Shown: positions 40,477 to 51,129 of the stretch, one piece after another
Numbering within the stretch: position 1 is the stretch's first letter
Layout: every line of letters starts with the position of its first letter
Origin: an uncultured Bacteroides sp.
GTDB taxonomy: Bacteria > Bacteroidota > Bacteroidia > Bacteroidales > Bacteroidaceae
Assembly: GCA_944322345.1 (NCBI GenBank)
Contig: CALUOO010000007.1
Span: forward strand, 57,198-121,197
Direction of reading: 5' to 3'
DNA: 64,000 bases
Translations under genes and position numbers: made by a program
The notes under the pieces: generated by a model
What the model was told of the DNA's origin: nothing
The model's database searches: none
Seen by the model: only the letters and a program-made list of their open reading frames with translations

Positions 40477-41025
40477 AAATTATTATTAAACATTTTTATC
40501 ATAAAAATATTTTTGGGTACCAATAAATAGAATCTTTAACTTCATTCAACCTAGATTCAACTCTTTCGATAAATTCATTTTCCAAGACTTCCAATCCGAA
40601 TTATCTAGAGTATCATAACACAGATAAGCTTCATATTTTCCAAAAGACTAAACTGTTCAACATAATCACCCTCGAATAATTTAAACTTGGTTTTATGCTT
40701 ATTTTATAGCATTAAAAATTACCATAAAGTCTACTCTACAATTTACGAATGATATAATCCTAATACAGCACTATCCATATCTATTACTTTGTGATACCAT
40801 TTGTACACTATTTAGGAGCATCATAAAAAACAGATAACTAAAAATGACAATATCTAAAAAAAATACTAATGACATAAAGGCAAGTCGAAAATGATTATTC
40901 ATGCCAAATATCAATTAAATCTTTTGAGAAAAATATTGTTAGAAAGATTATTTGAGTAAAAAATACTTCTAAAAAACTAACATTAAAATAATAAAATGTA
41001 GACAATTTAAATCTAGCATAAAAAC

Positions 41026-41060
41026 AGAGGCCATCTCAAGATCATCTTGAAACAGCCTCT
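41026..41060 (-). terminator. REP-like terminator after PFOR
   Basis: AGAGGCCATCTCAAGAT...ATCTTGAAACAGCCTCT imperfect hairpin. Confidence 0.6.
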
Positions 41061-41092
41061 TATTAATCAGATAAAATACAAATTAAAACATA

Positions 41093-44000
41093 TTATTCAA
41101 CTTCCGTTCCCCAATTTTCTTTTGCAAGACGCTTATAACTGTTATAACGCCATTTTGCATTATCCTCAGCAGCTTGGAACAGTTGTTCTGCTTCTGCTGG
41201 ATATTGTTTCATCACAGAAGCATAACGAACCTCTCCTTTTAAGAAATCCTTAAATCCTGCCCAATCTGGTTCTTTACTATCTAACGTGAACGGATTTTTG
41301 CCTTCAGCCTCCAAAGCCGGATTGTAACGCCATAAGTGCCAATAGCCACATTTCACTGCTTTTTCTTCCTCGGCCTGACTCTTACCCATACCAGCTTTCA
41401 GACCATGGTTAATACACGGAGCGTAAGCAATAATTAGTGACGGACCAGGGTATGCTTCTGCTTCACGCAATGCTTTCAGCGTTTGAGCCTGATCTGCTCC
41501 CATAGCAATCTGTGCTACATATACATAACCATAAGTAGTAGCCATCAATCCAAGGTCTTTCTTACGTACACGTTTACCTGCAGCTGCAAACTTAGCAATA
41601 GCACCTACCGGAGTAGCTTTGGATGACTGTCCACCAGTATTAGAGTAGACTTCTGTATCCAATACCAAGATATTAACGTCCTTACCGCTAGCAATAACGT
41701 GATCGAGACCACCGTAACCTATATCGTACGAAGCTCCGTCACCACCGATAATCCACTGGCTTCTCTTCACAATATATTGTTTCAGACCATAGAGCTGAGC
41801 ACATACCGGACAATTGTCTTTGGCAGCCTCCAGCATCGGAACAATGCGATTGTAGATTTCTTTAGTTTTATCTGCATCAAGACTGTTTTCAATCCATTCT
41901 GTGAAGATTGCCTTGTATTCAGCCGGGGTTTCGTCCGAAGCAATAGCTTCGTTCATCAGCTTGGCGATACGTCCACGCATCTTTTCATTTGCCAATTCCA
42001 TACCCAATCCAAATTCACAGAAGTCTTCGAACAGTGAATTAGCCCAAGCTGGTCCGTGTCCTTTTTCGTTTTTAGTATAAGGAGTAGAAGGTACAGAACC
42101 TGAGTAGATAGATGAACATCCTGTAGCATTAGCTACCATTTCGCGATCGCCGAACAGTTGAGAAATCAGTTTTACATACGGAGTCTCTCCACAACCGGAA
42201 CAAGCACCTGAGAACTCGAACAGCGGCGTAGCAAACTGAGAATTCTTCACGTTGGCTTTAATGTCCACCAGATGTTGTTTACTCTTCACGTTCTCTACGC
42301 AATATGTCCAGTTGGCAGCTTCTGACAGTTGACTTTCAAGATGTTTCATCTCAAGTGCTTTACCGCCCTTCTTCGGGTTACCCGGACATACATCAGCACA
42401 GTTACCACAACCCAGACAGTCTAGTACGTCAACTTGCATACGGAATGTCATGCCGTCGAACACCTTACCTACAGCTTTCAACTGAGCAAAGTTTGCACCC
42501 TTCTGCTCGTCTGCATCAAGAACAAACGGACGGATAGCAGCATGAGGACAAACGTAAGCACATTTGTTACATTGGATACAGTTCTCGGGATTCCATTCTG
42601 GAACGAATGCAGCTACACCACGTTTTTCGTATTGTGCAGTTCCTTGTTCCCATGTACCATCTTCGATACCTTTGAATGCTGATACTGGCAACAAGTCACC
42701 ATCTTGTGCATTGATAGGACGAACAACCTCATTGATGAATGCCGGATCGTTATTTTCAACTTTTACATCGTCCGGGAGGTTAGCCCAAGCCGGGTCAACT
42801 GTCAGTTGCTTATATTCGCCACCACGATCAACGGCTGCATAGTTCTTGTTGACTACATCTTCACCCTTCTTACCGTAAGACTTCACAATAAATTTCTTCA
42901 TTTGTTCAACAGCCAAGTCTACAGGAATAACACCTGTGATACGGAAGAATGCAGACTGAAGAATAGTATTGGTGCGATTACCCAAACCAATCTCTTGTGC
43001 AATCTGTGTTGCATTGATATAGTAAACTGTAATATTGTTCTGTGCGAAGTATTTTTTTACCTTATTCGGTAAGTTTTTAGCCAGTTCTTCACCTTCCCAA
43101 ATAGTATTCAACAGGAATGAACCGTTCTTGCGTAAGCCACGAGTTACATCGTACATGTGCAAATAAGCCTGTACGTGGCAAGCCACAAAGTTGGGAGTAT
43201 TTACCAAGTAAGTAGAACGGATCGGAGTGTCGCCGAAACGAAGATGAGAACAAGTGAAGCCTCCTGACTTCTTAGAGTCGTAAGAGAAATAGGCCTGACA
43301 GTGCTTGTCGGTGTTGTCACCGATGATTTTTACAGAGTTCTTATTGGCACCTACTGTACCGTCAGCGCCCAAACCATAGAATTTAGCTTCAAACATGCCT
43401 TCACCACCCAGCGCGATTTCTTCTTCTTGTGGAAGAGAAGTGAAGGTAACGTCGTCTACGATACCAATAGTGAAGTGATTCTTCGGCATCGGCAGAGCCA
43501 AGTTCTTGTAAACGGCAAGGATTTGTGCCGGAGTTGTATCTTTTGAGCCCAGACCGTAACGCCCGCCTACGATAACCGGAGCATTTTCAATGCCATAGAA
43601 GCAATCTTTTACGTCAAGGTACAGAGGTTCGCCGTTAGCACCCGGTTCTTTGGTACGGTCGAGCACAGCAATTGTCTTAACTGTCTTAGGCACAGCAGCC
43701 AGGAAGTGTTTAGCAGAGAATGGACGATACAAGTGTACGGCAACCAAACCTACTTTTTCGCCTTTGTTTGTCAGGTAATCGATTGCTTCACGGGCGGCTT
43801 CTGTTACAGAACCCATTGCAATAATAACACGTTCTGCATCTTCTGCTCCGTAATAATCGAACAATCCATATTTGCGACCGGTAATTTTGGAAATTTCGTT
43901 CATGTACTCTTCTACGATTGCAGGTACTGCTTCGTAATAATTGTTGCATGATTCACGGTGTTGGAAGAAATGGTCAGGGTTTTCTGCCATGCCACGGGCT

Positions 44001-44647
44001 ACCGGATTCATGGGGTTCAATGCGCGTGCACGGAATTCAGCCAATGCTTCCCGATCGATAAGCGGAGCGAGGTCTTCATTTTCCAGCATTTCAATCTTTT
44101 GGATTTCGTGAGAAGTACGGAAACCATCAAAGAAGTTAACAAACGGTACACGTGACTTAATTGTAGATAGATGAGCTACTCCGGCCAAGTCCATGACTTC
44201 TTGTACAGATCCTTCTGCCAACATAGCAAAACCTGTCTGACGAGTAGACATTACATCTTGGTGATCACCAAATATACACAATGCATGAGAAGCTAGCGTA
44301 CGTGCAGATACGTGGAATACACATGGCAGGAACTCACCAGCAATCTTATACATGTTAGGTATCATAAGAAGAAGTCCTTGAGAGGCTGTATAAGTTGTAG
44401 TCAATGCACCTGCTTGTAATGAACCGTGAACGGCTCCAGCCGCACCGGCTTCCGACTGCATTTCCTGCACTAATACTGTTTCGCCGAAGATGTTCTTACG
44501 TCCTGCGGCAGCCCATTCGTCCACGTATTCTGCCATCGTAGACGACGGGGTGATGGGGTAGATAGCTGCAACTTCCGAGAACATATACGAGATATGTGCA
44601 GCAGCTTGGTTACCATCACAAGTGATGAATTTCTTCTGTTTAGTCAT
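41093..44647 (-). CDS. nifJ: Pyruvate:ferredoxin (flavodoxin) oxidoreductase
   Basis: YPITPSS, QSEAGAAG, two CxxCxxCxxxCP ferredoxin motifs, GACSGCGE and the GGDG TPP-binding motif. Confidence 0.98.
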   Translation of the reverse strand: MTKQKKFITCDGNQAAAHISYMFSEVAAIYPITPSSTMAEYVDEWAAAGRKNIFGETVLVQEMQSEAGAAGAVHGSLQAGALTTTYTASQGLLLMIPNMYKIAGEFLPCVFHVSARTLASHALCIFGDHQDVMSTRQTGFAMLAEGSVQEVMDLAGVAHLSTIKSRVPFVNFFDGFRTSHEIQKIEMLENEDLAPLIDREALAEFRARALNPMNPVARGMAENPDHFFQHRESCNNYYEAVPAIVEEYMNEISKITGRKYGLFDYYGAEDAERVIIAMGSVTEAAREAIDYLTNKGEKVGLVAVHLYRPFSAKHFLAAVPKTVKTIAVLDRTKEPGANGEPLYLDVKDCFYGIENAPVIVGGRYGLGSKDTTPAQILAVYKNLALPMPKNHFTIGIVDDVTFTSLPQEEEIALGGEGMFEAKFYGLGADGTVGANKNSVKIIGDNTDKHCQAYFSYDSKKSGGFTCSHLRFGDTPIRSTYLVNTPNFVACHVQAYLHMYDVTRGLRKNGSFLLNTIWEGEELAKNLPNKVKKYFAQNNITVYYINATQIAQEIGLGNRTNTILQSAFFRITGVIPVDLAVEQMKKFIVKSYGKKGEDVVNKNYAAVDRGGEYKQLTVDPAWANLPDDVKVENNDPAFINEVVRPINAQDGDLLPVSAFKGIEDGTWEQGTAQYEKRGVAAFVPEWNPENCIQCNKCAYVCPHAAIRPFVLDADEQKGANFAQLKAVGKVFDGMTFRMQVDVLDCLGCGNCADVCPGNPKKGGKALEMKHLESQLSEAANWTYCVENVKSKQHLVDIKANVKNSQFATPLFEFSGACSGCGETPYVKLISQLFGDREMVANATGCSSIYSGSVPSTPYTKNEKGHGPAWANSLFEDFCEFGLGMELANEKMRGRIAKLMNEAIASDETPAEYKAIFTEWIENSLDADKTKEIYNRIVPMLEAAKDNCPVCAQLYGLKQYIVKRSQWIIGGDGASYDIGYGGLDHVIASGKDVNILVLDTEVYSNTGGQSSKATPVGAIAKFAAAGKRVRKKDLGLMATTYGYVYVAQIAMGADQAQTLKALREAEAYPGPSLIIAYAPCINHGLKAGMGKSQAEEEKAVKCGYWHLWRYNPALEAEGKNPFTLDSKEPDWAGFKDFLKGEVRYASVMKQYPAEAEQLFQAAEDNAKWRYNSYKRLAKENWGTEVE

Positions 44648-44675
44648 AATTACATTAAATATTTAAGTAAATAAA

Positions 44676-45230
44676 TCATTTCAAAAAAGGTATGGAAAGT
44701 GGATATTTCCATGCTTGCCCGGACATTCCCTTGATACCTCCTATGATGGGGAATGCCAAACATGCTAATCCCGCCAACACTATTATTGGGAACAACCAAA
44801 GTACACCTTCAACAAGAGCTGGAACAGGAAGTGTATCTAGTTCTATTTCCAACTCTTCCAAGTGAATACAACTGATTATTGCTGCCGGAAGACTAACTAT
44901 GGCTGCAATAACAAATATCGTTCCAAAAATAAACCAAGTGATATACCAGTTCAGGATATATTTCCCTTGACTGTTTATTTGTACGGAAGCATTTTTTCCC
45001 AAAGCCCATAAGATGATAGGTATCAGCCATCCTACATATGGAATAAGAATCAGAAAGTTCATTAGGGCTAAGTAGGAGTTTTCTTGTAAACCCATTGGAA
45101 TCATTTCATTGGAGCAATTATATTTAGCTTCTTCCGCAAACAATTTTTGTTTTTCGCGTTCAAACTCTTCGTCTGTCAGAGCTCCTGACAAACGTAACTT
45201 ATTTAATTCATCCAATTTTCTGTAATCCAT
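44676..45230 (-). CDS. SHOCT + DUF4870-like membrane protein
   Basis: N-terminal LDELNKLRLSGALTDEEFEREKQKL (SHOCT); GKYILNWYIT and WKYPLSIPF. Confidence 0.75.
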   Translation of the reverse strand: MDYRKLDELNKLRLSGALTDEEFEREKQKLFAEEAKYNCSNEMIPMGLQENSYLALMNFLILIPYVGWLIPIILWALGKNASVQINSQGKYILNWYITWFIFGTIFVIAAIVSLPAAIISCIHLEELEIELDTLPVPALVEGVLWLFPIIVLAGLACLAFPIIGGIKGMSGQAWKYPLSIPFLK

Positions 45231-45242
45231 ATTTCCAAAATT

Positions 45243-46421
45243 TTAATATAAAAAGCCAAACATCCAAAGAGGAATTTGATTGTCACATCCTATTTCCGAC
45301 TTGTGTATTGCATACACTACTCCGGGAATATTCTTAGGTTTTGTCTTATCCGAACAAATCTTGAACGGTATTTTTTCGTCCACAAGAAATGAGCTGTTCT
45401 TATCTCCTCGGTGTACTTTATGGTCTTTCCATAAAGTGTTAACAAAAAAGGTTTCAAGTACATCCTGTTCTTCTACCTTTACCGGATAAATGGAATACAT
45501 CAGGTTGGAATTGTGCATCATAATCTTAGAGGGTTTTTTGGGAAATTCTTCGCCTTTAGGATAGACCAAGTTGATGAGTCGTGCATCTGCCAAATATTTA
45601 ATATAGTTCATTACAGTAGCACGAGAAGTCTGAATGTCATTTGCCAACTGGCTCACATTAGGAGCTTTAGGGCCATCTACAGCCAATAGATAGAGTAATT
45701 TTTTTATCTTAGAGAGATATTTTAGTTCAATTTGTTTAATTAGTAGAATATCAACTTCTACCATCATATTCATTGTTTTCAATAGATTCTCAGAAAAATT
45801 TCTTTTTTCGAGAAAAAAAGGATAAAATCCATGATGAATATAATCTTGAAGATAATCCAATGGACGTACTTTGGATATTATTCCTTTTGCAATTTGTTCA
45901 TGATTCTTGAGTATTTCCTCAAGCTTATAAGCACGAAACTTCATTCCAGTTTGCAAATTCAAGAATTCTCTGAATGAAAAACCACGTAAATTATAACTCT
46001 TTACAATGTCACGAAGCTCAGAGCCTTCTTCTTTCAGCCTCATTACAGAAGAACCTGTAAATACAATTTTCAAATCAGGAAAGCGATCATAACATGTATG
46101 CAACTCTTTGCTCCATTCCGGATGTTTGAACACTTGGTCAATTAATAATACTTTCCCTCCTCGTTTCTGAAACTCAGCAGCAAAATCAACAATACTGTGT
46201 CCTGAAAAGTAAAAATTATTCATATTAATGAAAAGACAGGAACGATCTGTTCCAAACTTTTCTTTAGCATACTGAAGAAGGAAAGTCGTTTTACCTACAC
46301 CACGTGTTCCCTTAATGCCAATCAATCGGTCATTCCAATCTATTTCATCCATAAGGTCACGACGAACAGGAGCATTGGTATGCTCAACAAGATAAGCGTG
46401 TGTACGATAGAATGATTCCAT
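45243..46421 (-). CDS. AAA_14 / DUF4143-type ATPase
   Basis: GTRGVGKTT, LLIDQVFK and FTGSS motifs; start moved to MESFYRTH at 46421, with a TATATTTG element at 46446-46453 on the minus strand. Confidence 0.85.
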   Translation of the reverse strand: MESFYRTHAYLVEHTNAPVRRDLMDEIDWNDRLIGIKGTRGVGKTTFLLQYAKEKFGTDRSCLFINMNNFYFSGHSIVDFAAEFQKRGGKVLLIDQVFKHPEWSKELHTCYDRFPDLKIVFTGSSVMRLKEEGSELRDIVKSYNLRGFSFREFLNLQTGMKFRAYKLEEILKNHEQIAKGIISKVRPLDYLQDYIHHGFYPFFLEKRNFSENLLKTMNMMVEVDILLIKQIELKYLSKIKKLLYLLAVDGPKAPNVSQLANDIQTSRATVMNYIKYLADARLINLVYPKGEEFPKKPSKIMMHNSNLMYSIYPVKVEEQDVLETFFVNTLWKDHKVHRGDKNSSFLVDEKIPFKICSDKTKPKNIPGVVYAIHKSEIGCDNQIPLWMFGFLY

Positions 46422-46588
46422 TTCAATCCTTTCAGTTTTGGGCGACAAATATACTGTTTTTTTTAGTATTTGCAAAGTAGAGATAGCAAAATTACGTTCT
46501 ATAAGCTAAGTTTTACGTAGGATTGAAAGCTATCGATTATTTCTTGTATATATTTGCAAAATAAGCAGTTGGTTATATTGCATTAAAG

Positions 46589-47797
46589 ATGAATTCACAA
46601 ACAATCTATATATTTAATCCAGATCATGATCTTGCGCTTGCTAGCGGTGAAACAAATTATATGGCTCCGGTGTCAGCACGTCAAATGGCTGCAGACCTAG
46701 CAGTCCTTCCTGCATGGTACATGCCAGATGAAGCACACATATTAGCTCCTTCCGCTTATCATCTGGATTTTCTCGCCACAATGAGTAACCGATTCCATCG
46801 TCCTATGTCACTGATTACAGCCCCTGAATTGTGTAATCAAGAGCATATCAAAATTTTTCCTTGGGGATGGAATCATTCTCTGCTGAAACGCTTGTTGTCA
46901 ATAGGTATAGATGAATGTTATTTACCTACCAAATCTTACATTCAACTAATAAGAAAATATGCTCATCGTTTCTATGCATCAGAGCTACTCTCCCGATTAC
47001 AACTAAATAATTTTTTTTGTGGCGAAGCTTTTTGGTTGAGAAATGAAAATGATTGGAAGGATTTTATTGAAAAGCATGAAAGATGTTTACTAAAAGCGCC
47101 TCTATCTGGAAGCGGCAAAGGGCTCAACTGGTGCAAAGGGACATTTACTTCTTCTATTAAAGGATGGTGTTCTCGCATCAACACCTCACAAGATGGAATC
47201 ATAGCTGAACCTGTCTATAACAAGACAGAAGACTTTGCTATGGAATTCTATTCTAACGGAAATGGGAACGTACATTTTGTTGGATTTTCTCTATTTCATA
47301 CCAACAAAAGTGGTATGTATACCTCAAATCTACTTCTCTCTAACGAAGAAATATTACAATATCTTTCAACATATGTTCCTATAGAAGAACTAATACAGTT
47401 AAGGGATTGTCTAATCAAAGAATTATCTGTTCTGCTAGGTACCTTCTATCATGGGTATTTGGGAATAGATATGATGATTTGCCACTTTCCTGAGCAAAAG
47501 CCATTTTATAGAATACATCCTTGCGTAGAGATTAACCTACGGATGAATATGGGAGTTACATCCCGTTTTCTTGCAGACCGTTATCTAGCTCCTGGAGTAA
47601 CAGGCGTTTTTAAAATCATTTACTCATCTTGTCCCACAGATATCATGAAGGTACATTTGCACATGAAAGATTCATATCCTTTACAAACAAGAGAAGGACA
47701 GATTATCTGTGGCTATCAACCATTAGTTCCTATTACACCTCAAAGTCATTATTTAGCATTTATATGCTGTGGTGCAGATTTTTCTAATTATAAGTAA
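46589..47797 (+). CDS. Conserved hypothetical protein with ATP-grasp-like motifs
   Basis: LLKAPLSGSGKG, IIAEP, GYLGIDMM and CVEINLRMNMG. Confidence 0.7.
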   Translation: MNSQTIYIFNPDHDLALASGETNYMAPVSARQMAADLAVLPAWYMPDEAHILAPSAYHLDFLATMSNRFHRPMSLITAPELCNQEHIKIFPWGWNHSLLKRLLSIGIDECYLPTKSYIQLIRKYAHRFYASELLSRLQLNNFFCGEAFWLRNENDWKDFIEKHERCLLKAPLSGSGKGLNWCKGTFTSSIKGWCSRINTSQDGIIAEPVYNKTEDFAMEFYSNGNGNVHFVGFSLFHTNKSGMYTSNLLLSNEEILQYLSTYVPIEELIQLRDCLIKELSVLLGTFYHGYLGIDMMICHFPEQKPFYRIHPCVEINLRMNMGVTSRFLADRYLAPGVTGVFKIIYSSCPTDIMKVHLHMKDSYPLQTREGQIICGYQPLVPITPQSHYLAFICCGADFSNYK

Positions 47798-47856
47798 ACA
47801 GAAAAATATAGTCTTCCGAGCAACAAAACTAAGTAAGAACATCTCTCTGAAAATAA

Positions 47857-47889
47857 AGAGGCTGTGCAAAATCATCTCGCACAGCCTCT
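47857..47889. terminator. Bidirectional REP-like terminator
   Basis: AGAGGCTGTGC / GCACAGCCTCT, perfect 11-bp arms between convergent genes. Confidence 0.75.
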
Positions 47890-47941
47890 CGCATTAAACC
47901 AATACGTAAAATCTCAAAAGATTACTTATAAAAAACAAGTA

Positions 47942-48421
47942 TTATCTGTTTTTCAATTGCGCATCAACATAGAAGATTCCGGCATCACCAGCCTTTTTCA
48001 ACTTATCTACAATACCTTGTGCTGTAGCTTCTTCTTCTACCTGCTCGCGTACAAATCCCCACAAAAAATCTTGAGTTGCCTTATCTTTTTCAGCAGAAGC
48101 CACATCAACCAATGTATTAATAAGTTCAGACACATGACATTCATGTTTGTAAACATGTTCAAACACTTCCATAGGAGTCCCCCAACCGTTAGGAACCACA
48201 TCTACCTTATCCACCTTCGGGGTACCTCCACGTTTAACAAGATACCCTGCCATTGCACAAGCATGTTCCATCTCTTCCTCAGATTGTTTTTTCAGCCAAT
48301 GTGCAAAGCCATCGAATCCTTCTTTGTCCATATAGAAAGACATTGCAAGATAGAGGTTAGCCGACCACATCTCAGCATTGATTTGGCCATTAATAGCATT
48401 TTGTAATTTTTCTGTAATCAT
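47942..48421 (-). CDS. ftnA: Ferritin
   Basis: Ferroxidase residues: QINAE...LYLAM, QSEEEMEHA and FVREQVEEE. Confidence 0.96.
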   Translation of the reverse strand: MITEKLQNAINGQINAEMWSANLYLAMSFYMDKEGFDGFAHWLKKQSEEEMEHACAMAGYLVKRGGTPKVDKVDVVPNGWGTPMEVFEHVYKHECHVSELINTLVDVASAEKDKATQDFLWGFVREQVEEEATAQGIVDKLKKAGDAGIFYVDAQLKNR

Positions 48422-48549
48422 AATTATATCCTTACATTAATAAAATGTTAATCAAAAATCGTCCTCATCGAACGCGATGCAAACATAACTATCTTCTAGT
48501 CCCTATTGTTCAAGTACAACAGAACTTTTAATTTATATTCACACAAAAT

Positions 48550-49713
48550 TCAAATAAGCTCATCGGACAAATATCCTTTCGGCAACTCTCTGCAATTATA
48601 CCCCGAAGCCATAATTTCACCATATGCACCAGCTGATCGCAAAGCAATCAAATCACCTCGATATGTTTTATTCAGATCTATCGCCTTTCCAAACACATCA
48701 GATGATTCGCAGATAGGTCCAACTACATCATAAGTCTCGATTGGCAAGTCGGAAGTAATATTTTCGATTTTATGATATGCTTGATAAAGCGCAGGACGAA
48801 TCAAATCTGTCATCCCCGCATCAAGAATAACGAATTTTTTATTGGTCCCTTGCTTCACATACAGTACACGAGAAATCAAAGAGCCACATTGAGCAACAAC
48901 CGAACGCCCTAACTCAAAATGAAGAGTTTGATAGGAACGGAGTTTCAATTGCCGAGCATAAGTAACAAAATATTCTCTGAAATTAGGAATAGACTGACGA
49001 TTGGGATGCGTATAATCAATTCCTAGTCCACCTCCAACATTAATATGTTCCACAAGAATACGACGTGCCTCTAATTTATCCTGCAATTCATTTATTCTAT
49101 TACACAATGCAATAAAATCATTCATATCCAGAATCTGCGAACCAATATGAAAATGTAAACCTATGAACTTTACATTTTTCATTGCTTGTGATACATCAAT
49201 TACTTCGTCCATATCCTGCATACTAATACCAAACTTATTTTCTGCAAGTCCGGTAGTAATATTTGCATGAGTATGCGCTCCAACATCTGGATTAATACGA
49301 AATGCCACATTGGCCACTTTATTTTGAGCTGCAGCTAATTCGTTGATAACCTTCAATTCAGGAATAGATTCAACATTAAAGCAAAAAATGCCATATTCCA
49401 GTGCCAGATTGATCTCCCAGTCAGACTTTCCTACTCCTGCAAAAACAATCTTCTGTGCAGGAAAACCGGCACGAATTGCAGCGCGAATCTCACCTCCACT
49501 TACACAATCAGCCCCTAACCCCTCATCACTAATCAAAGACAAAATCTTAGGATTTGCATTTGCCTTGACAGCATAATGCACCACAAAACCAGGATATTTC
49601 GCAACTTCCTGCCTTATAACAGACAACGTCTGTTGCAAAATATTTACATCATAATAATAAAAAGGAGTGCGCATCTCCTTCAGTTTATCGACTGGGAATA
49701 TTCCTTTCATCAT
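48550..49713 (-). CDS. lysA: Diaminopimelate decarboxylase
   Basis: YAVKAN (PLP lysine), HFHIGSQ, NVGGGLG, ELGRS, GPICESSD and GAYG motifs. Confidence 0.97.
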   Translation of the reverse strand: MMKGIFPVDKLKEMRTPFYYYDVNILQQTLSVIRQEVAKYPGFVVHYAVKANANPKILSLISDEGLGADCVSGGEIRAAIRAGFPAQKIVFAGVGKSDWEINLALEYGIFCFNVESIPELKVINELAAAQNKVANVAFRINPDVGAHTHANITTGLAENKFGISMQDMDEVIDVSQAMKNVKFIGLHFHIGSQILDMNDFIALCNRINELQDKLEARRILVEHINVGGGLGIDYTHPNRQSIPNFREYFVTYARQLKLRSYQTLHFELGRSVVAQCGSLISRVLYVKQGTNKKFVILDAGMTDLIRPALYQAYHKIENITSDLPIETYDVVGPICESSDVFGKAIDLNKTYRGDLIALRSAGAYGEIMASGYNCRELPKGYLSDELI

Positions 49714-49795
49714 CAAATAACTTTTTAAATGGTTAAAAAAAGCGCTTTTACCCATCGGTCAAAAGCGCTTTATGCGTATGTCCTTATATGCAAAA

Positions 49796-51112
49796 TCAAC
49801 TATTAAACAGCATATCGCTTAAAGCTTGCAATGCAGCTTTTTTATCACACTCTCTAATCAGAAATGAAATATTATAATTGCTACCTCCAAAAGAAATCAT
49901 TCGTACAGGTATGTCGCGCATAGCATCTAATGCTTTTGCTTCAAAACCAACATTTTCCCATTCCAAATCACCTACGACACAGATAATACACATATCTTTA
50001 TCTACTGTAACTGTGCCATATTTCTTCAAATCATCTAATATTTCATTTAAATGTTTTATATTGTCAACTGTAACTGATACTCCTACTTCTGAAGTGCAAA
50101 TCATATCAATAGAAGTCTGATAACTTTCAAAGATTTCAAACACTTTACGTAAGAAACCATAAGCAAGCAACATTCGACTAGACTTTATTTTGATAGCCGT
50201 AATATTGTCTTTAGCTGCCACAGCCTTAATTTTTCCCTTTTCTGTATCATTGGATATTAATGTTCCCGGTGCTTTGGGATCCATTGTATTAAGCAACCGG
50301 ACAGGAATATTAGCATATTTGGCAGGTTGTACACAAGTAGGATGCAAAATCTTAGCACCAAAATAAGCCAACTCTGCAGCTTCTTCAAAATGCAGCTGAC
50401 GTACCGGAGAAGTTTTATCCACAACACGTGGGTCATTATTGTGCATACCATCAATATCTGTCCAAATCTGAATCTCAGAAGCATTTATAGCTGCGCCTAT
50501 CAAAGATGCAGTATAATCACTTCCACCACGTTGCAAATTATCAATTTCTCCGTATGCATTACGACAAATAAATCCCTGTGTTATATAAATATCCGCATCG
50601 GGATAAAGTCCTAGTTGTATCTGCAACTTTTCTTTTATATATACCAAATCGGGCTCCGCATTCTTATCTGTACGCATAAATTCTAAAGCTGGAATCAAAA
50701 CAGACTTTACTCCAGATTCTTGCAAGTACAAATTCACCATCGCCGTAGAAATCAGTTCACCTTGAGCCAATACAACTTTCTCTTCAAACAATGTGAAAAG
50801 ATCTTTAGTATAAGAACGGATGTAATCAAAGTGAGACTTTATAACTTCTAACGCTTTCTGCTTATACTCTTGAGTTGCATAAAGTTCATCAACATGATGT
50901 TTATACTTAACCTCCAGTTTATTGATAATCTCATTTGCTCCCTCCGGGTTCTTCTTATACAGATAGTCTGAAATCTCTACCAATGTATTTGTAGTTCCCG
51001 ACATGGCAGAAAGAACAACAATTTTCTGTTCACCATCAGTAATTAATTTGGCTACTTCTTTCATCCGTTGAGCAGAGCCTACAGAAGTTCCTCCAAACTT
51101 TAAAACTTTCAT
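49796..51112 (-). CDS. lysC: Aspartate kinase
   Basis: KFGGTSVG, RGGSDYTA, WTDIDG and GAKILHP motifs; C-terminal ACT domains. Confidence 0.96.
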   Translation of the reverse strand: MKVLKFGGTSVGSAQRMKEVAKLITDGEQKIVVLSAMSGTTNTLVEISDYLYKKNPEGANEIINKLEVKYKHHVDELYATQEYKQKALEVIKSHFDYIRSYTKDLFTLFEEKVVLAQGELISTAMVNLYLQESGVKSVLIPALEFMRTDKNAEPDLVYIKEKLQIQLGLYPDADIYITQGFICRNAYGEIDNLQRGGSDYTASLIGAAINASEIQIWTDIDGMHNNDPRVVDKTSPVRQLHFEEAAELAYFGAKILHPTCVQPAKYANIPVRLLNTMDPKAPGTLISNDTEKGKIKAVAAKDNITAIKIKSSRMLLAYGFLRKVFEIFESYQTSIDMICTSEVGVSVTVDNIKHLNEILDDLKKYGTVTVDKDMCIICVVGDLEWENVGFEAKALDAMRDIPVRMISFGGSNYNISFLIRECDKKAALQALSDMLFNS

Positions 51113-51129
51113 TTCTATTATTATTTAAA

